This document shows, in pieces, positions 18,401 to 28,791 of a stretch of DNA of 64,000 nucleotides. The position numbers were made by a program, and so were the translations under genes. The notes beneath the pieces were generated by a model. That model was not told the origin of the DNA and ran no database searches. It saw only the letters and a list, made by a program, of their open reading frames with translations. Positions within the stretch are counted from its first letter, which is position 1. Each line of letters begins with the position of its first letter. This DNA comes from Candidatus Saccharimonadaceae bacterium (GTDB lineage: Bacteria; Eisenbacteria; RBG-16-71-46), in contig DATJGS010000011.1 of NCBI GenBank assembly GCA_035494735.1, positions 14,199 through 78,198 on the forward strand, in the 5' to 3' direction.

Positions 18401-18890
18401 CGGCAGCGACCGGCCGACGTTCCAGCCGGCACGCACGTGGCTGACGCTGGCGCCCGGCGCGTCCGATTCGCTGGGGCTCGTGTTCGCGCCGAACTTCATC
18501 GGCCTCGATTCCGCGCTCGTCGTGTTCACGAGCGACGACCTCGCGTCGCCCCACGCGCTGCGCGTGTTCGGCACCGGATCGCTCACCGCGCCGGCGTCCG
18601 CCGAGATCCCGACGCGCTTCGCGCTGGAGCAGAACATGCCGAACCCGTGGGGCCGGCAGACCGTCATCCGCTACGCGCTGCCCGAGCGCGCGCTCGTCGA
18701 TCTCGAGCTGTTCGATCTCCAGGGACAGCGCGTCGCGACGCTCGCCCATGGCGAGCAGCCGGCGGGCACGTATGCGATCGCGGTCGGCCAGGGCCTCGGC
18801 GACGTGCGCGCGCTGCCCGCGGGCGTGTATTTCTACCGCCTGCGCGCCGGACGCGAGACGGCGACGCGCAAGATGCTGCTGATGCGCTGA
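15471..18890 (+). CDS. large secreted BNR/Ycf48-like repeat protein with ASH/choice-of-anchor-like Ig domains and T9SS C-terminal sorting domain
   Basis: ATG MSRPPFRPPLPAALVAFAALAWLA (signal peptide), in frame with ORF 15435..18890. Many S/TxDGGxTW BNR repeats. Repeated LDFGxxxVG...LxLxNPG Ig-like modules. C-terminal tail ...NMPNPWGRQTVIRYALPERALVDLELFDLQGQRVATL...GVYFYRLRAGRETATRKMLLMR. Confidence 0.7.
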   Translation: MSRPPFRPPLPAALVAFAALAWLACARPAGAQGLNAACSRNGQDVWVVGDNGLFFHSFTYGTSWTTGNLGARSLRGVAARNFNVVAVGDSGKIWRSANDGGTWALSVIAGAPALRALQMPTDSVLFAVGAGGRILRSRNGGVTWASLVSGTSATLNAVRFRDARHGWVVGDNAVALHTDDGGDTWLPVAVPTTQRLLSVDVLGAYVWITGSANVALQSFDNGVHWTSPDLDLESRSDMNAVSIQAPNRVILSGGGGFLRVTADSGATWSWMKHPLLGGLHALAFSPDGQHGWACGHNSLAVEATQDSGATWNLTPGTTQGGATWTRTLAFTQTVVAQPRGRSIAINPLAPDVLFSGLGGILSRSPDRGSTWISLGNVISDGAYVPGKIHAFYVSAHDTSHWVVAAANGTTNDRILMSTDHGATWNTTFNASFSEYGVPLERSPNHPDTLLFAPEDGHVYRSFDFGATWDTLSNPGFRSPCDIQIVRGDDDNVWVGDGVTGVGQGEVWQSLDGGRTFTRRFPQPADTLTNGSEVPMMASARHDPRFGIATHWPTGGMSATADSGRTWTQLVNTASTWGADIAHDDPTVPVFGVFSGQAGLISTDGGANFNLYTLSGSNYSISALDRSTLLAEQSNGIYKFTPAYSTPVNNSQFLTLDSPRGGQTWSPGQTQPILWTATSIAIVRVEVRTTPNGPWNPIADVDGTLGLLNWVVPDTASATVKVRVRDLWDSIPLDSSDTNITIAAPRLAVSRTALDFGTRAVGSATSDTLLLRNPGTAIVHVGPLAASGPGFTSGRTSLALGPGQSDTLGLTFRPALPIHYASTLALTSDAPGAPAAVALGGAGVDTLHLKLTSPIGGEAWQVGSTRWIQWESALVPTVSLDWQSVPGTWSAIADSVPAAAGLYGWSVPPTPGAAARVRVRQRGGGVADSSAAPFSIVAPGFAAAPAILDFGAVTVGTQRFDTLHVANPGNAPLMISWVGSDRPTFQPARTWLTLAPGASDSLGLVFAPNFIGLDSALVVFTSDDLASPHALRVFGTGSLTAPASAEIPTRFALEQNMPNPWGRQTVIRYALPERALVDLELFDLQGQRVATLAHGEQPAGTYAIAVGQGLGDVRALPAGVYFYRLRAGRETATRKMLLMR

Positions 18891-19100
18891 GCGGGGCGGC
18901 GCCGGCGTGCGTCGCGACTGTCGTCGGCGACCGGCGCGGCGCGTGCCGCCGGCCACCGGTGCGGCGCGTCCGCGATCCCGCGATCCCGCGGCGCCGCGGG
19001 CCGCTTGGGCCGGCCGCCGGCCGTGCGCTAGACTCGCCGCCTCTTTGGCTTCGCTCCGACCGAACTTCGCGCGCCGATCTGGCGCTTCCGTGGAGGCCTC

Positions 19101-20696
19101 ATGAACCCCGCCACCGCCCGACCGCTCGCGCCGATCGACGCGCGCGCGCTGCCCGAATACGCGCCCACCACCTACATCGATTTCAGTCGTGCCGACACCA
19201 AAGCGGCGTTCGAGCGCGCGCTCGAAGCCGTGCGCGCCCGGCTCGGCGAGGAACATCCGCTCGTCATCGACGGCAAACCGGAGAAGGGTTCGGGGACGTT
19301 CGCGTCCACGAATCCGGCCCGTCCGTCGCAGGTCGTCGGTCGGTTCCAGTCGGGGACGCGCGAGCAGGCGATCAAAGCCGTCGAAGCCGCGGACCGCGCG
19401 TTCAAGACGTGGAGCCGCGTGCCGGCGGCCGAGCGCGCCGCGTACCTGGTGGAAGCGGCGCGGCGCATGAAGGAACGCCGCCACGAGTTCTCGGCGTGGA
19501 TGGTGCTCGAAGTCGGCAAGAGCTGGGCCGAGGCCGACGCCGACACCGCCGAGGCCATCGACTTCATGGAGTTCTACGCACGGGAAATGCTGCGCTACGA
19601 CGGCGTGCATCCCGTGACGCCGATGCCCGGGGAAAAGGGCGGCCTCACGTACGTGCCACTCGGCGTGGGCGCGATCATCCCGCCGTGGAACTTCCCGCTC
19701 GCGATCTGTGTCGGCATGACGACCGCGGCGATCGTCGCCGGGAACACGGTCGTGGTGAAGCCGTCGAGCGATTCGCCGGCGATCGCGTGGCAGTTCTACC
19801 AGCTGATGGAAGAGGTCGGGCTCCCGCCCGGCGTCTTCAACTTCGTGACCGGCAGCGGCGGCACCGTCGGCGACTCGCTCGTCCGCCATCCGCGCACGCG
19901 TTTCATTTCGTTCACGGGGTCCAAGGAAGTGGGCGTCGGCATCAACAAGCTGGCCGCGGACGTTCCGGCCGGCCAGATCTGGCTGAAGCGCGTCGTCGCC
20001 GAGATGGGCGGCAAGGATTCGATCATCGTCGACGAGGAGGCGGATCTGGACGCCGCCGCGCAGGGTGTCGCGGTGTCGGCCTTCGGCTTCGGCGGGCAGA
20101 AGTGCTCGGCGTGCTCGCGCGCGATCGTCAGCGAAAAGGTGTACGAGCCGTTCCTCGCGAAGCTGAAGGTCGAGGTCGAGAAGTTCACGGTCGGCCCGCC
20201 CGACGTGCCCGGCGTGTACATGGGCCCGGTGATCAACGCGGCGGCGCGCGACAAGATCCTCTCGTACATCGAGGCCGGCAAGAAGGACGGGCGGCTCGTC
20301 TCGGGCGGCGGGCCGGTGGCCGGACAGGAGGGCTGGTTCGTCCAGCCGACCGTCATCGCCGACGTGCCCGCGAATTCCAGGATCTCGCAGGAGGAGATCT
20401 TCGGGCCGGTGCTCGCGGTGCTCAAGGTCGCGAGCTTCGACGAAGCGCTCGACATCGCGAACGGCACGGAGTACGGGCTGACCGGCGCCGTGTACACGAA
20501 GAACCCGGCGAAGGTCGAGCGCGCGCGCCGCGAGTTCTTCGTCGGCAACCTGTACATCAATCGCAAGTGCACGGGGGCCATCGTCGGCGCGCACCCGTTC
20601 GGCGGCTTCAACATGAGCGGCACCGATTCCAAGGCCGGCGGACGCGACTACCTGCTGCTGTTCCTGCAGGCCAAGAGCATCGCCGAAAAGGTCTAG
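19101..20696 (+). CDS. pruA: L-glutamate gamma-semialdehyde (1-pyrroline-5-carboxylate) dehydrogenase, aldehyde dehydrogenase family
   Basis: 531 aa. ALDH catalytic motifs (EMGGKD, GQKCSACSRA) and the RocA/P5CDH-type C-terminus HPFGGFNMSGTDSKAGGRDYLLLFLQ. Confidence 0.75.
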   Translation: MNPATARPLAPIDARALPEYAPTTYIDFSRADTKAAFERALEAVRARLGEEHPLVIDGKPEKGSGTFASTNPARPSQVVGRFQSGTREQAIKAVEAADRAFKTWSRVPAAERAAYLVEAARRMKERRHEFSAWMVLEVGKSWAEADADTAEAIDFMEFYAREMLRYDGVHPVTPMPGEKGGLTYVPLGVGAIIPPWNFPLAICVGMTTAAIVAGNTVVVKPSSDSPAIAWQFYQLMEEVGLPPGVFNFVTGSGGTVGDSLVRHPRTRFISFTGSKEVGVGINKLAADVPAGQIWLKRVVAEMGGKDSIIVDEEADLDAAAQGVAVSAFGFGGQKCSACSRAIVSEKVYEPFLAKLKVEVEKFTVGPPDVPGVYMGPVINAAARDKILSYIEAGKKDGRLVSGGGPVAGQEGWFVQPTVIADVPANSRISQEEIFGPVLAVLKVASFDEALDIANGTEYGLTGAVYTKNPAKVERARREFFVGNLYINRKCTGAIVGAHPFGGFNMSGTDSKAGGRDYLLLFLQAKSIAEKV

Positions 20697-21943
20697 CGCA
20701 GCGCTCCGGCCGCGGCCTCGACGAGACGCGCGAACACCGCGAGATAGTCCCGCGCCTCGCGCGGGTGCAGGAAATTGCCGCGCACGTGCTCGCGTCCGGC
20801 GGCACCGAGCCGGCGCCTGAGGTCGGGGGCGCGCAGCAGGCGCGTGATCTGGTACGCGCAGCCCTCGATCGAGTGCACGAGCATTCCGGTGCGCTCGTGC
20901 AGGATCTGCAGCGGAATCCCGCCGACCGCACTCGCCACCACGGCGCGGCGCTTCCACAGCGCTTCGGAAACGGTGAGCGCGAAGCCCTCGCGCAGCGACT
21001 TCTGCACGACGATGGCCGAGCGGCGCTGCAACGCGTTGATCGTCAGGTGCGCGTCCGAGGGGAGCAGGAGCACCGAGACCCCGCCGACCGCGGCCGCGCG
21101 TTCGCGGACTTCCGCGAGCACGGCGGCGCCCTCGGGGTCGTCGTCGGCGCCGCCGCCCGCCAGCACCAGATGCGCGTCCTCGCGCCCGCGCACCAGGCGG
21201 AACGCCTCGATGACGCCGAGCGGATCCTTGAGCCGGTCGTAGCGCGACACCTGCGTGATCCACGGCCGGCGCGTCGGCAGTTCGAGCGGCGCGAGCAATT
21301 CGTCCTCCTCGCGCTCGTCCAGCTCGCGGTTCTTCTCGGCCAGCGGATCGATGCTGGGCGGCGCGAGGTAGGCGGGCACCGGCAGCGGCGGCACGAACGC
21401 GACGTGCGAGAAGACCGCCGCGTCGTAGCGGCCGACGACGGGCTCGAGCAGCGCCCACGCCTGGGGATCGGCGTGCGACAGGTCGATGTGGCAGCGCCAC
21501 AACCAGTGCTGTCCGGGCTGCCGGCGATGCAGCACGAGCGCGGCCGGCTGAGGATCGTGGATGAACACCAGATCGCCATCCAGCTCGAGCGCCGCCGCGG
21601 CCCGGCGGTTCGTCTCGTGGTACCACTCGACGTCGTCCGCGCTCAGCGTGCCGGGCGCGCCGTGCAGCGTGTTGTGCAGCGTCTTCGTGATGCCGTGGAA
21701 GCGCGCGTCCCCGGGCATGACCTCCCAGCTCGTCGGCACGCCCAGCTCCTGGAGCAGCCGCACGAGGCGGTGCAGGATCTCGGCGACGCCGCCGCCGGTC
21801 GCGGTCGAATTCACCATGACCAGGCGGTGGCCGCGCAGGCGCGCGGCCAGCGTCTCCAGCATCTGCATCGGGCCGTCGCCGACCACCGCGCGGTAGCCGT
21901 CGACGAGGCTCGGCCCGTCGCGCCGCACTTCGACGCGGCTCAC
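20693..21943 (-). CDS. treT: GT4 glycosyltransferase, trehalose glycosyltransferring synthase (TreT)-like
   Basis: GTG start overlapping the upstream TGA (GTGA), in frame with ORF 20693..22207. VSRVEVRRDGPSLVDGYRAVVG...LVMVNSTATGGGVAEILHRLVRLLQELGV...FHGITKTLHNTLHG matches the TreT N-terminal signature. The GT4 C-terminal part (REGFALTVSEALWKRRAVVASAVGGIP) is also present. Symbol given with moderate confidence. Confidence 0.6.
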   Translation of the reverse strand: MSRVEVRRDGPSLVDGYRAVVGDGPMQMLETLAARLRGHRLVMVNSTATGGGVAEILHRLVRLLQELGVPTSWEVMPGDARFHGITKTLHNTLHGAPGTLSADDVEWYHETNRRAAAALELDGDLVFIHDPQPAALVLHRRQPGQHWLWRCHIDLSHADPQAWALLEPVVGRYDAAVFSHVAFVPPLPVPAYLAPPSIDPLAEKNRELDEREEDELLAPLELPTRRPWITQVSRYDRLKDPLGVIEAFRLVRGREDAHLVLAGGGADDDPEGAAVLAEVRERAAAVGGVSVLLLPSDAHLTINALQRRSAIVVQKSLREGFALTVSEALWKRRAVVASAVGGIPLQILHERTGMLVHSIEGCAYQITRLLRAPDLRRRLGAAGREHVRGNFLHPREARDYLAVFARLVEAAAGALR

Positions 21944-22680
21944 GAGGCGGTCTCGCCGCGCTGCAGCCGGCGCACGAGCCCGGCCACGGCCTGATGCGCG
22001 GCCTCGCGACGCTCGGCTTCGGGCTCGAACGCCGCGGCCGCGAGGCGCGGGCCGAGGCGCGAACGACGCCAGCGTGCGAGCACCTGCCGGCGCACGCGCG
22101 CGATCGGCTTGCCCGAACGCGCCGCCTCGAGCAGCCACTCGGCGAGGCGCGCCTCGCCGCGCGCGCGCAGCCATTCCAGCAGCGGCGCGTCGCCGGCCGC
22201 GAACCAACGCTGCTCCACGAGGTGGTAGTACCAGACCGAAGGGTCGGCCTCCGCCAGGTGCCGGAGCAGCGAGTCGCCGTCCTCGGCGACGCGCCCGGTG
22301 GCGATGGGCACGGATTCGCTCGTCAGGAACACGAACGCCGCGCCTTCCGGGGCCCGCCGCGTGGAGCGCACGTCGGCGAGCGCGCCGAGCAGGCGCTCGC
22401 GCAGCTCCACCGGCCCGCCGTCCGCACCCTGCACCGCGAACGACAGGCGCTCCGCCGCCGTGCCGTCCTGCAGCACGCCGTGCGCCCAGGCGCTGAAGTC
22501 GTCGGGCGGGAGTTCCGTCGCCGACGCGGAGCGCAGCACGACGTCCACGGCGTGATAGAACAGGCTCTCGATCGGCGCGTCGACGAGCGCGGCGCGCAAC
22601 TCCGCCAGGTCGTGCGCGACGCGGTGCGTCGGGCGCACCAGATGCACGGCGCCGCTCAGCGCGAACGGGGCGCCGTTCAC
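21940..22680 (-). CDS. hypothetical protein (conserved context partner of the TreT-like GT4)
   Basis: GTG start overlapping the upstream TGA (GTGA), in frame with ORF 21940..23328, whose 5' two thirds are an artefact over the neighbouring gene. Translation VNGAPFALSGAVHLVRPTHRV...SVWYYHLVEQRWFAAG; no family recognised. Confidence 0.45.
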   Translation of the reverse strand: MNGAPFALSGAVHLVRPTHRVAHDLAELRAALVDAPIESLFYHAVDVVLRSASATELPPDDFSAWAHGVLQDGTAAERLSFAVQGADGGPVELRERLLGALADVRSTRRAPEGAAFVFLTSESVPIATGRVAEDGDSLLRHLAEADPSVWYYHLVEQRWFAAGDAPLLEWLRARGEARLAEWLLEAARSGKPIARVRRQVLARWRRSRLGPRLAAAAFEPEAERREAAHQAVAGLVRRLQRGETAS

Positions 22681-23390
22681 GTGCGCGCCCGCGTTTCGCT
22701 CGGCGGCGCGTCGTCCGAGGCGCGCAGCACCTCGACCACGAAGTCGCGCGCCAGCTCGCGGCAGCCGAGGCCGAACGCGAGCGCCGCGGCGAGCCCGAGC
22801 GCCGCCATGGCGGTGACGCCGAGCGCCATCACGAACTGCGCCGCCAGCCCGATCTGTTCGAGCGCGAGCAGCACCGCGAACGCGCTGAGCACGCCGGTCA
22901 CGACGCGCCCGCGCACGCGGCTGCCGCCCACGCCGGCGGTCGCGAACACGCGCCGCGTCACGCCGCCGAGGGCCATCGCGACGCCGAGGCCGACCACCAT
23001 CTCGATCGTTCCGGTGGCCACGCGCGGCAGCACGTCGCGCAGCCGGCTGGCCACGGCGGACGACAGCTCGAGTCCGAGCGCGTCGCCGGCCAGCATCACG
23101 GCGAACAGCAGCACGAGCCAGTACAGGCTCCACGACGTCATGCGCGCCGGCTCGATGCCCGAGACCGTGCCGCCGAGGCGCAGCCGGCCCACCGCCTGAT
23201 TGAACCGCACCGCGCGCAGCAGCAGGAGCGCGCCCCAGGCCACGAGGCGCGCCACCAGCCAGCCGACGAGCATCACGGCGGTGGCCAGCACCACCGCGAG
23301 GGCGGAATCGCCGGCCGACGCGGCCCACGCGCGCAGATGATCCCCGAAGGCCTGGAGCGAAGCCGATTGCAGGAGGATGAGGGGGTGCAT
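22677..23390 (-). CDS. hypothetical integral membrane protein
   Basis: ORF track 237 aa with at least 5 hydrophobic helices (AVVLATAVMLVGWLVARLVAWGALLLL, WLVLLFAVMLAGDAL, MVVGLGVAMALGGV, GVLSAFAVLLALEQIGLAAQFVMALGVTAMAALGLAAALAFGLG). Confidence 0.55.
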   Translation of the reverse strand: MHPLILLQSASLQAFGDHLRAWAASAGDSALAVVLATAVMLVGWLVARLVAWGALLLLRAVRFNQAVGRLRLGGTVSGIEPARMTSWSLYWLVLLFAVMLAGDALGLELSSAVASRLRDVLPRVATGTIEMVVGLGVAMALGGVTRRVFATAGVGGSRVRGRVVTGVLSAFAVLLALEQIGLAAQFVMALGVTAMAALGLAAALAFGLGCRELARDFVVEVLRASDDAPPSETRART

Positions 23391-23458
23391 GGCATCTCCC
23401 TTCTGGAAGGAACCCGCCGCGCCGGCTTGGGATGCCGGCGCGCGGACGGGCGCCGCGT

Positions 23459-25036
23459 TCAGGGCAGGCGGGCGTCCTCGGTTGGCGTGCGCAGACTCAG
23501 CCTCTCGAACGTGTCGAGGACCTCGATCGCCCAGTCGTAGATGTTGCGGCGCCGAACGGCTTCGCGCAGCGCCGCCATGCGCGCGCGCCGGGACTCGTCG
23601 GTCTCGGTGAGCGCGGCGTGGAAGGCCTCGGCCATGGCTTCACGGTCGTAGGGCGAGGCGATGTGCGCGCGCTCGAGTTCGCGAGCCGCGCCGGTGAAGG
23701 GCGAGAGCACGAGCGCGCCCTCACCATCGGGGCGAGCCGCCACGTATTCCTTGGCCACCAGGTTCATGCCGTCGTGCAGCGACGTCACGGCGCACACGTC
23801 GGCCAGGCGGTAGTAGGGGATCAGTTCGCGGAAATCCAGACCGGTCTCGATGAACTGCACGGTCTGGCCGCCCGCGCGCGGAAAGCGCCGGTTGATGCGC
23901 GCCACACACTCCTTCACGCGGCGCAGCACGGCGCGGTATTCGCTCAGCTCCACGCGTGACGGCACGCCGATCTGGACGAACGCGAAGCGCCCGATCCACT
24001 CCGGATGGCGCTCGAACAGCCGCTCGATGCCTTCCAGCCGCTCGGGGATGCCCTTCGTATAGTCGAGGCGGTCCACCCCGAGGCCGACGCGACAATCGCC
24101 GAGCCCGAGGCGCTCACGCAGAGCGCGCTCGGCGGCCGTCGTCGCCGGTTGGCCGGCCAGCGCCCCGATCTCGTCGGCCGCGACGCTGATCGGGAAGTGG
24201 CGCACCCAGGTGCGACGCCCGCCGCGCGCCAGGGCCTGATGATCGCGCTCGGCCCGGACCTCGAGCGTGGTGGCGACGGACTCGATGAAATTCTCGGCGT
24301 GGGCACGAATGTGGAAGCCGACGAGGTCGCTGGCCAGCATGCCGTCGAGCAACTCCTCCTTCCACGGCAGGATGCGGAACACCTCGGGGTTGGGCCACGG
24401 GATGTGCCAGAAGTGGAGGATCTGGAGGTCGGGACGCGCCTCGCGCAGGAAGCGCGCGGCGAGCGCGAGGTGGTAGTCCTGAAGGAACACGAGGCCCGGC
24501 GCGTCGCCGAGTTCCTCGAGCACCGCCTTCGCGAAGCGCCGGTTGACCGCCCGGTAGCTCTGCCAGTCGCGAATACGGAATCGCGGACGCACGTACGCGA
24601 TGTGGCACAGCGGCCAGAGGGCGCCGTTCGACAGGCCCGAGTAGTAGTGCTCGTGGTCGGAGGCCGTGAGCCACACCCGGCGCAGCGTGTATTCCGGCTG
24701 ATCGGGTGGGCAGCGCACGCGCCCGCGGGCGTCGGAGGCCTCGACATCGGCGTCGCCGCTGCCGTGGGCGATCCACAGCCCGTCGAGCGCGCGCGCCACG
24801 GCGTCGAGCGCGACCGTCAGCCCGCCGGCGTTGCGCACCCACTTGATCTCGCCGTCGCCCCGGACGTGCGAGTACGGCTCGCGATTCGAGACCACGACCA
24901 GCCTTCGGTCGCGGACGTGGGCGCGGGCCCAGGCCACCAGGTTGTCGCGTGTCGTGTAACGTTCCGGCTCGGTCGCGGTGGCGAGGCCGTTGGCGGCTTT
25001 GGCGAGCGCGGTACGGAGTCCACGTGCATCGATCAT
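23459..25036 (-). CDS. otsA: alpha,alpha-trehalose-phosphate synthase (GT20, OtsA-like)
   Basis: ATG behind GGAGGG (MIDARGLRTAL...), in frame with ORF 23459..25186. GT20 motifs: LWIAHGSGD, DYHLALAARFLR, ILHFWHIPWPNPEVFRILPW, DLVGFHI, LVLSPFTGAAREL. A related GT20 enzyme (e.g. glucosylglycerol-phosphate synthase) cannot be excluded. Confidence 0.75.
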   Translation of the reverse strand: MIDARGLRTALAKAANGLATATEPERYTTRDNLVAWARAHVRDRRLVVVSNREPYSHVRGDGEIKWVRNAGGLTVALDAVARALDGLWIAHGSGDADVEASDARGRVRCPPDQPEYTLRRVWLTASDHEHYYSGLSNGALWPLCHIAYVRPRFRIRDWQSYRAVNRRFAKAVLEELGDAPGLVFLQDYHLALAARFLREARPDLQILHFWHIPWPNPEVFRILPWKEELLDGMLASDLVGFHIRAHAENFIESVATTLEVRAERDHQALARGGRRTWVRHFPISVAADEIGALAGQPATTAAERALRERLGLGDCRVGLGVDRLDYTKGIPERLEGIERLFERHPEWIGRFAFVQIGVPSRVELSEYRAVLRRVKECVARINRRFPRAGGQTVQFIETGLDFRELIPYYRLADVCAVTSLHDGMNLVAKEYVAARPDGEGALVLSPFTGAARELERAHIASPYDREAMAEAFHAALTETDESRRARMAALREAVRRRNIYDWAIEVLDTFERLSLRTPTEDARLP

Positions 25037-25225
25037 CTCGGCGCCCTCCGGGTGCCCTCCGAGATGCGGCCTTGCGCTCCCGAGAATAGGCCAGATCGGG
25101 GTTCGGAGGCCAACCGACTGGGGCGCATTGATTTGACGGCACAGATCAGCCCGGTGATGCTGCCTGCGCCGCGGCTGGGCCGCCATGCGGCGGGAGGGCG
25201 AACGGCCCGAACGAGAGGACGGCGG

Positions 25226-26011
25226 ATGGCGATCGACGTGTGGCGGGAGAGGCGGGACGTGGCCGCGCGGTTGGCGGGCGCGCGAACGCTATGGCTGGCC
25301 AGCGACTTCGACGGGACGCTGGTCCCGATCCAGGATCACCCGAAGGGTGTGCGGACGACCGCCCGCGCGCGCGCCGTCCTCGCCCGGTTGGTCGCGACGC
25401 CCGGCATCCGCCTGGCCGTCCTTTCGGGGCGGCGGCTGGCGGATCTGGAACGTGTGGTCGGCGTCCGTGGGGCGTTCCTGTCGGGGCTCGGAGGCCTGGA
25501 GACGCGGCGGCCCGGGCAGGAAATCCGGCGTCACGTGCCGGCGCGACGCCGGCTCGATCCCGCTCTGCGATATACGCTCGAGTCCTGGGTCGGCCGGTTC
25601 GCGGGAGCCTGGCTCGAGGACAAGGACCTGTGCTGGGCCATCCACGATCGGGCGGTGTCGGCGGATGCGCGCGTCCGGCTGCGACGCGGCGTGCTGCGCC
25701 GGCTGCGCGCGCCCCGGGTTCGCGCGCGCTGGGTCGTCGGCTGGCGCGTCATCGAGGTCATGCCCGACGTGGACGTCGACAAGGGCGTCGCGCTCAGGGG
25801 CTGGTTGGGGCGTCCTCAGGGAGGGCAGCTCACCGCGTATCTGGGGGACGACGCGAACGATCGGCCGGCCCTTGCCGAGGTTCGATCGCGCCGCGGGATC
25901 GCGGTCGGCGTCGGCGGGCTCCGCGCCCGCTACGCGTTGTCCGGGCCCGCGCGCGTGCTCCAGTTCCTCGAGTGGCTGGCCCTCGAGTGGAAGCGCTCGC
26001 GGGGCGACTAG
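25226..26011 (+). CDS. otsB: trehalose-6-phosphate phosphatase (HAD-IIB, OtsB-like)
   Basis: ATG MAIDVWRERRDV in frame with ORF 24005..26011. HAD motif I LWLASDFDGTLVP and motif IV GDDANDRPAL. Divergent from otsA across a ~190-nt intergenic region. Confidence 0.7.
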   Translation: MAIDVWRERRDVAARLAGARTLWLASDFDGTLVPIQDHPKGVRTTARARAVLARLVATPGIRLAVLSGRRLADLERVVGVRGAFLSGLGGLETRRPGQEIRRHVPARRRLDPALRYTLESWVGRFAGAWLEDKDLCWAIHDRAVSADARVRLRRGVLRRLRAPRVRARWVVGWRVIEVMPDVDVDKGVALRGWLGRPQGGQLTAYLGDDANDRPALAEVRSRRGIAVGVGGLRARYALSGPARVLQFLEWLALEWKRSRGD

Positions 26012-26381
26012 GCGGCGCGAGCCATCGCCAGGCGCAACGCCTGTTCCAGGCGCTGGAACGCGGACGGCAACTCGGCGGCCCGCGCCGTAGCCTCGGCGAA
26101 GGATTCCGGCACCGAGAGGCGCTCGACTTCGTGACACAGGTGCCCGAGCTCGTCGCCGCCGATCGTGAGGCTGCTGCCTTTGACCGCGTGCGCCGCTTTG
26201 CGCAGCACGTCGGGATCGGAGCCGCGCGCCGCCGCGAGGATCCGCTTCAGCATCTCGGGCGTCGAGTGCAGGAACTCGCCGAGCAGCTCGCGCTCGAACT
26301 CGCGATCGCCGCCCGTCACTTCGCTCAGCCGCTCCTGGTCCAGGACCGTCCAGGGGCCCGCCGTACCGCCATCCGCCGTGC

Positions 26382-26385
<4 letters not shown>
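26008..26385 (-). CDS. Hpt (histidine phosphotransfer) domain protein
   Basis: ATG behind GAGGAGG, overlapping the kinase stop (ATGA). The 125-aa product MSTADGGT...[28 protein letters not shown] carries the Hpt phospho-acceptor His motif HxxKG. The upstream part of ORF 26008..27132 is an artefact. Confidence 0.7.
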
Positions 26386-28682
<2,297 letters not shown>

Positions 28683-28791
28683 CCGCGAGCATCGCGTGGA
28701 CCGCCCCGCGGCCGAGGGACCGCAGGGGAACGAGTTCCCTCCGATTATCGGCGTTGCGCGGCCCCGGGTTGAGGGTCTTGCCCGGCGATTT

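Noticed and set aside
16533-21626. 1697-aa minus-strand ORF and 15176..21994 + 2272-aa ORF
   Set aside because: Giant GC-artefact ORFs spanning several real genes (BNR megaprotein, pruA, treT-like). Composition dominated by R/G/A/D/P, no motifs.
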